From NCBI GenBank assembly GCA_030704615.1, contig CM060734.1, positions 34,844,001 through 34,908,000 of the forward strand: a DNA stretch of 64,000 bases. Direction: 5' to 3'. The DNA is from Takakia lepidozioides. Its lineage: Eukaryota > Plantae > Bryophyta. Under the pieces are notes generated by a model, which saw only the letters and a list, made by a program, of their open reading frames with translations, did no database searches and was not told the origin of the DNA. The translations under genes and the position numbers were made by a program. This document shows positions 61,519-64,000 of the stretch, in pieces (within the stretch, counting starts at the first letter, position 1; each line of letters starts with the position of its first letter).

Positions 61519-64000
61519 AACCTGTAGTTTCAGCTTCCCTAAAGTGTGCTCGGCAATTTGTTTTTGCATTGATGGTGACCACCATGAGGTAGAGATCATG
61601 AATTCAGTTGTGAAGTCACTGTGCAATTTCAGAGGGCTACATTATTTCCATTAATGCGCAAATAGCATTGCCCACCAGTGCATTTTAAGTGCAGAGGATT
61701 CTCCAGTAGTGAGGTCTTTCTGTTCTTAAGAGGATGATTCTGAACGTGTTTTTGCTGTCCTGTTGTCCAAGTGCTACAGGGCAGAAGGCGAACTATGAGT
61801 AGCCATTGGACGAGATTACTGTACCTTCTCCAATTGGACTCTTATCTAGAGTCTGCTGCACCATAGCCAATTGTCACAGTTGGATCAAGTTGAAGGTCCT
61901 TGAAGCTACTTAGGGTTTTGGGGATGTGGAGGGACAGAGACGAATGAGGATGGAGCTTTATATTTGACTCTCTTTACCCATAACTTTAGTCTGACCATGC
62001 TTCTGGTAGCTTAAATCGGTGCGGAGAGAGAGAGAGAGAGGGAGAGAGGCTGTGCAAGAGAAGCGGAAGTGGGTAAAGAGCACATGGTTAGACACTATCA
62101 AATGTTGAAGGTAATGGAGAGAAATATGAGAAGTAAGGCCATAGTCTGTCTGTGACAAATCATCCAAGCAGATGACCCAACATTCCTGAAAATTAAATGC
62201 TCTACTATGAGAGTTGCATTGACCCCTCCCTAGTCAGTCATATTGAGGGCAAAAATAAGAGTCAATGGTGGTCTGATGAGTATCTCTAAGCTGCATAGAG
62301 TCAAGCTCTTTCTCTATAGTTGTCAATAGGATGCAATAGTTTTCACAACCTCATAAGGCCGTTGCTCAAGGTCGGACACTAGCTATGGCCATCTTGACAT
62401 CTTTAAATGTCAACCGCAAATACTTCTTCGTCATCTTCACGGGCATCTTTAGGCCCATCAAAATATGAGATGACCGTGGTCTCGTGCTAGCTTCTTTCCT
62501 CTAAGTATTGTCTAATCCTCATGTGATTGGTGGGGGTAGGGAAGGAAATCTTATCTTAAGCTAGCTGGAGCTTATCTTAACCTAGCTGAAATTTATCTTA
62601 TATCAATAAATAAAGCTCATATGGTGCATTTAACACTTATAAAGGGTAATTTAATGAAGAGGGGAGGAAATTGTTTTGTTAACACTTAACACTTAACACT
62701 TGCTAATGTAAACTACTAGGGAGTAAAAATTTCTTAATATTTTTAGCAGTTTAACACTTATAAAGATAACAATTAGACAGGGTGGACAGTAAAAACCCGA
62801 GATAATGACAATACTTTTGGCCCTACTATTTTATTTTATTTTTCTTAAAAGAGGTTTCGTCGATGAAACTTCAAGAGTTTCACCCGAATTTTAAAACGCA
62901 GAAGGTTTGTGCTAAGGGGATGCTAGAAATAGTTCCTCAATTGTTCTATCGTGAGCACATTCTTGTTTTGCCTTAAATATCTTCAGGATACATTCTAAGA
63001 ATATCCTGAATATACCCTTATGCACTTGGTTAGTTCAAACTCTAGGGTTGGCAGCATGAATTAAAAATCCAAGTGGTGATATTCCATTTTTATCCAACTA
63101 CGAAAATGTCAAGGCTCACATGAGCCACTCTAAAAGACCAATTCAGTCCACAAGCCCTCACATTCACTGTGGATTGGTGTAACATAAAACTATCCAAAAT
63201 AGCCCCCACTAAACTCCAACTCCTTCGTCCCCTACATCATCCTCAACAAACGCAAGATTGAAAGTGGCCATTTGGTCATCTTGTAAGTAGGTTCTTTTTA
63301 ATAGAGCCCTGCCGCCTATGGGGCAAGTACCCGCAAAGAGGCGAGGCTCTTATTTACACTAGCTCATGTTGGTGTCATATATATATATAGAGAGAGAGAG
63401 ATTGGTTTGGATACAGGTGGGTGTTGTGGTGTTGTGGAGCCGTCAATGCAGACCCACAGTCTTATAATTGACCACGTTCATGTGTTCTAGTCAAGGGGAA
63501 GCAAAGTTTGGCCGCCCACATTGTGTCTCTTGTACAGTGTTTCATTTTCCATTCAAAAGTCACCGGCGCGGCCACCTGTTAATTCTACCCAGCGCCCAGG
63601 TGGCGAAAAAACAAGCTGGCACCTCAGGAAAGGCCTGTATATGACAGGTGGCACATTCTAACAGGTCCATGATGGCACAACCCTGATATTCCACCACTGG
63701 CGCTTTCTGGCGATCTTTCTCAATTCCATGGAAGTCAGTGGGCCAGGGAAAGATGTGTGAAAAAGGGAGGGGATCTGTGCTCGCATGTGACTTTGTGACA
63801 TATACATATATATACCGTGGGAGATTAACCGGGTGTGGGTTCAAATAGCAGCATGTGTAAAGCGTGGTAGAGTAGCAGAATAGGGAATATGGAATGTGGG
63901 CATATGCTTCACAGTGTGTCTAAGTTAGTGACAAACTCTTTGACTGCTTCTCGCAGCGGCAGCGCACTTGGAGTCTTGTAAGAGACCGTGGCAACAAGTC

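Overview
Nuclear genomic DNA of a land plant, with spliceosomal GT-AG introns. The regular PLS-PPR arrays suggest a bryophyte or other seed-free plant, but that is inference. Exon structures reconstructed by hand support these genes: a small 3-exon conserved protein gene that the ORF track does not assemble (10.2-11.0 kb, +), a lysophospholipid acyltransferase LPEAT (15.0-20.5 kb, -), cyclophilin-40/SQUINT (31.9-36.9 kb, -), a divergent pair of paralogous PLS-class PPR genes (one complete PPR-DYW C-to-U editing factor, one 23-motif array with a decayed E2 and no DYW domain), a PP2C phosphatase (48.7-55.8 kb, -) and a mitochondrial-type thioredoxin o (58.0-61.5 kb, +). The most unusual element is an open, intronless C-terminal half of a DRM-type DNA methyltransferase, nested in sense orientation in the first coding intron of PP2C directly behind a non-LTR retroelement 3' fragment. 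The rest is transposon-rich: three L1 copies (two joined in inverted orientation), RTEX-like non-LTR fragments, two Tourist/Harbinger MITEs, hAT MITEs (one with a triple target-site copy between PP2C and TRXo), a Mutator-like MITE, a tRNA-derived SINE and a 3.5-kb modular fold-back repeat. No CRISPR array, rRNA or intact tRNA was seen.
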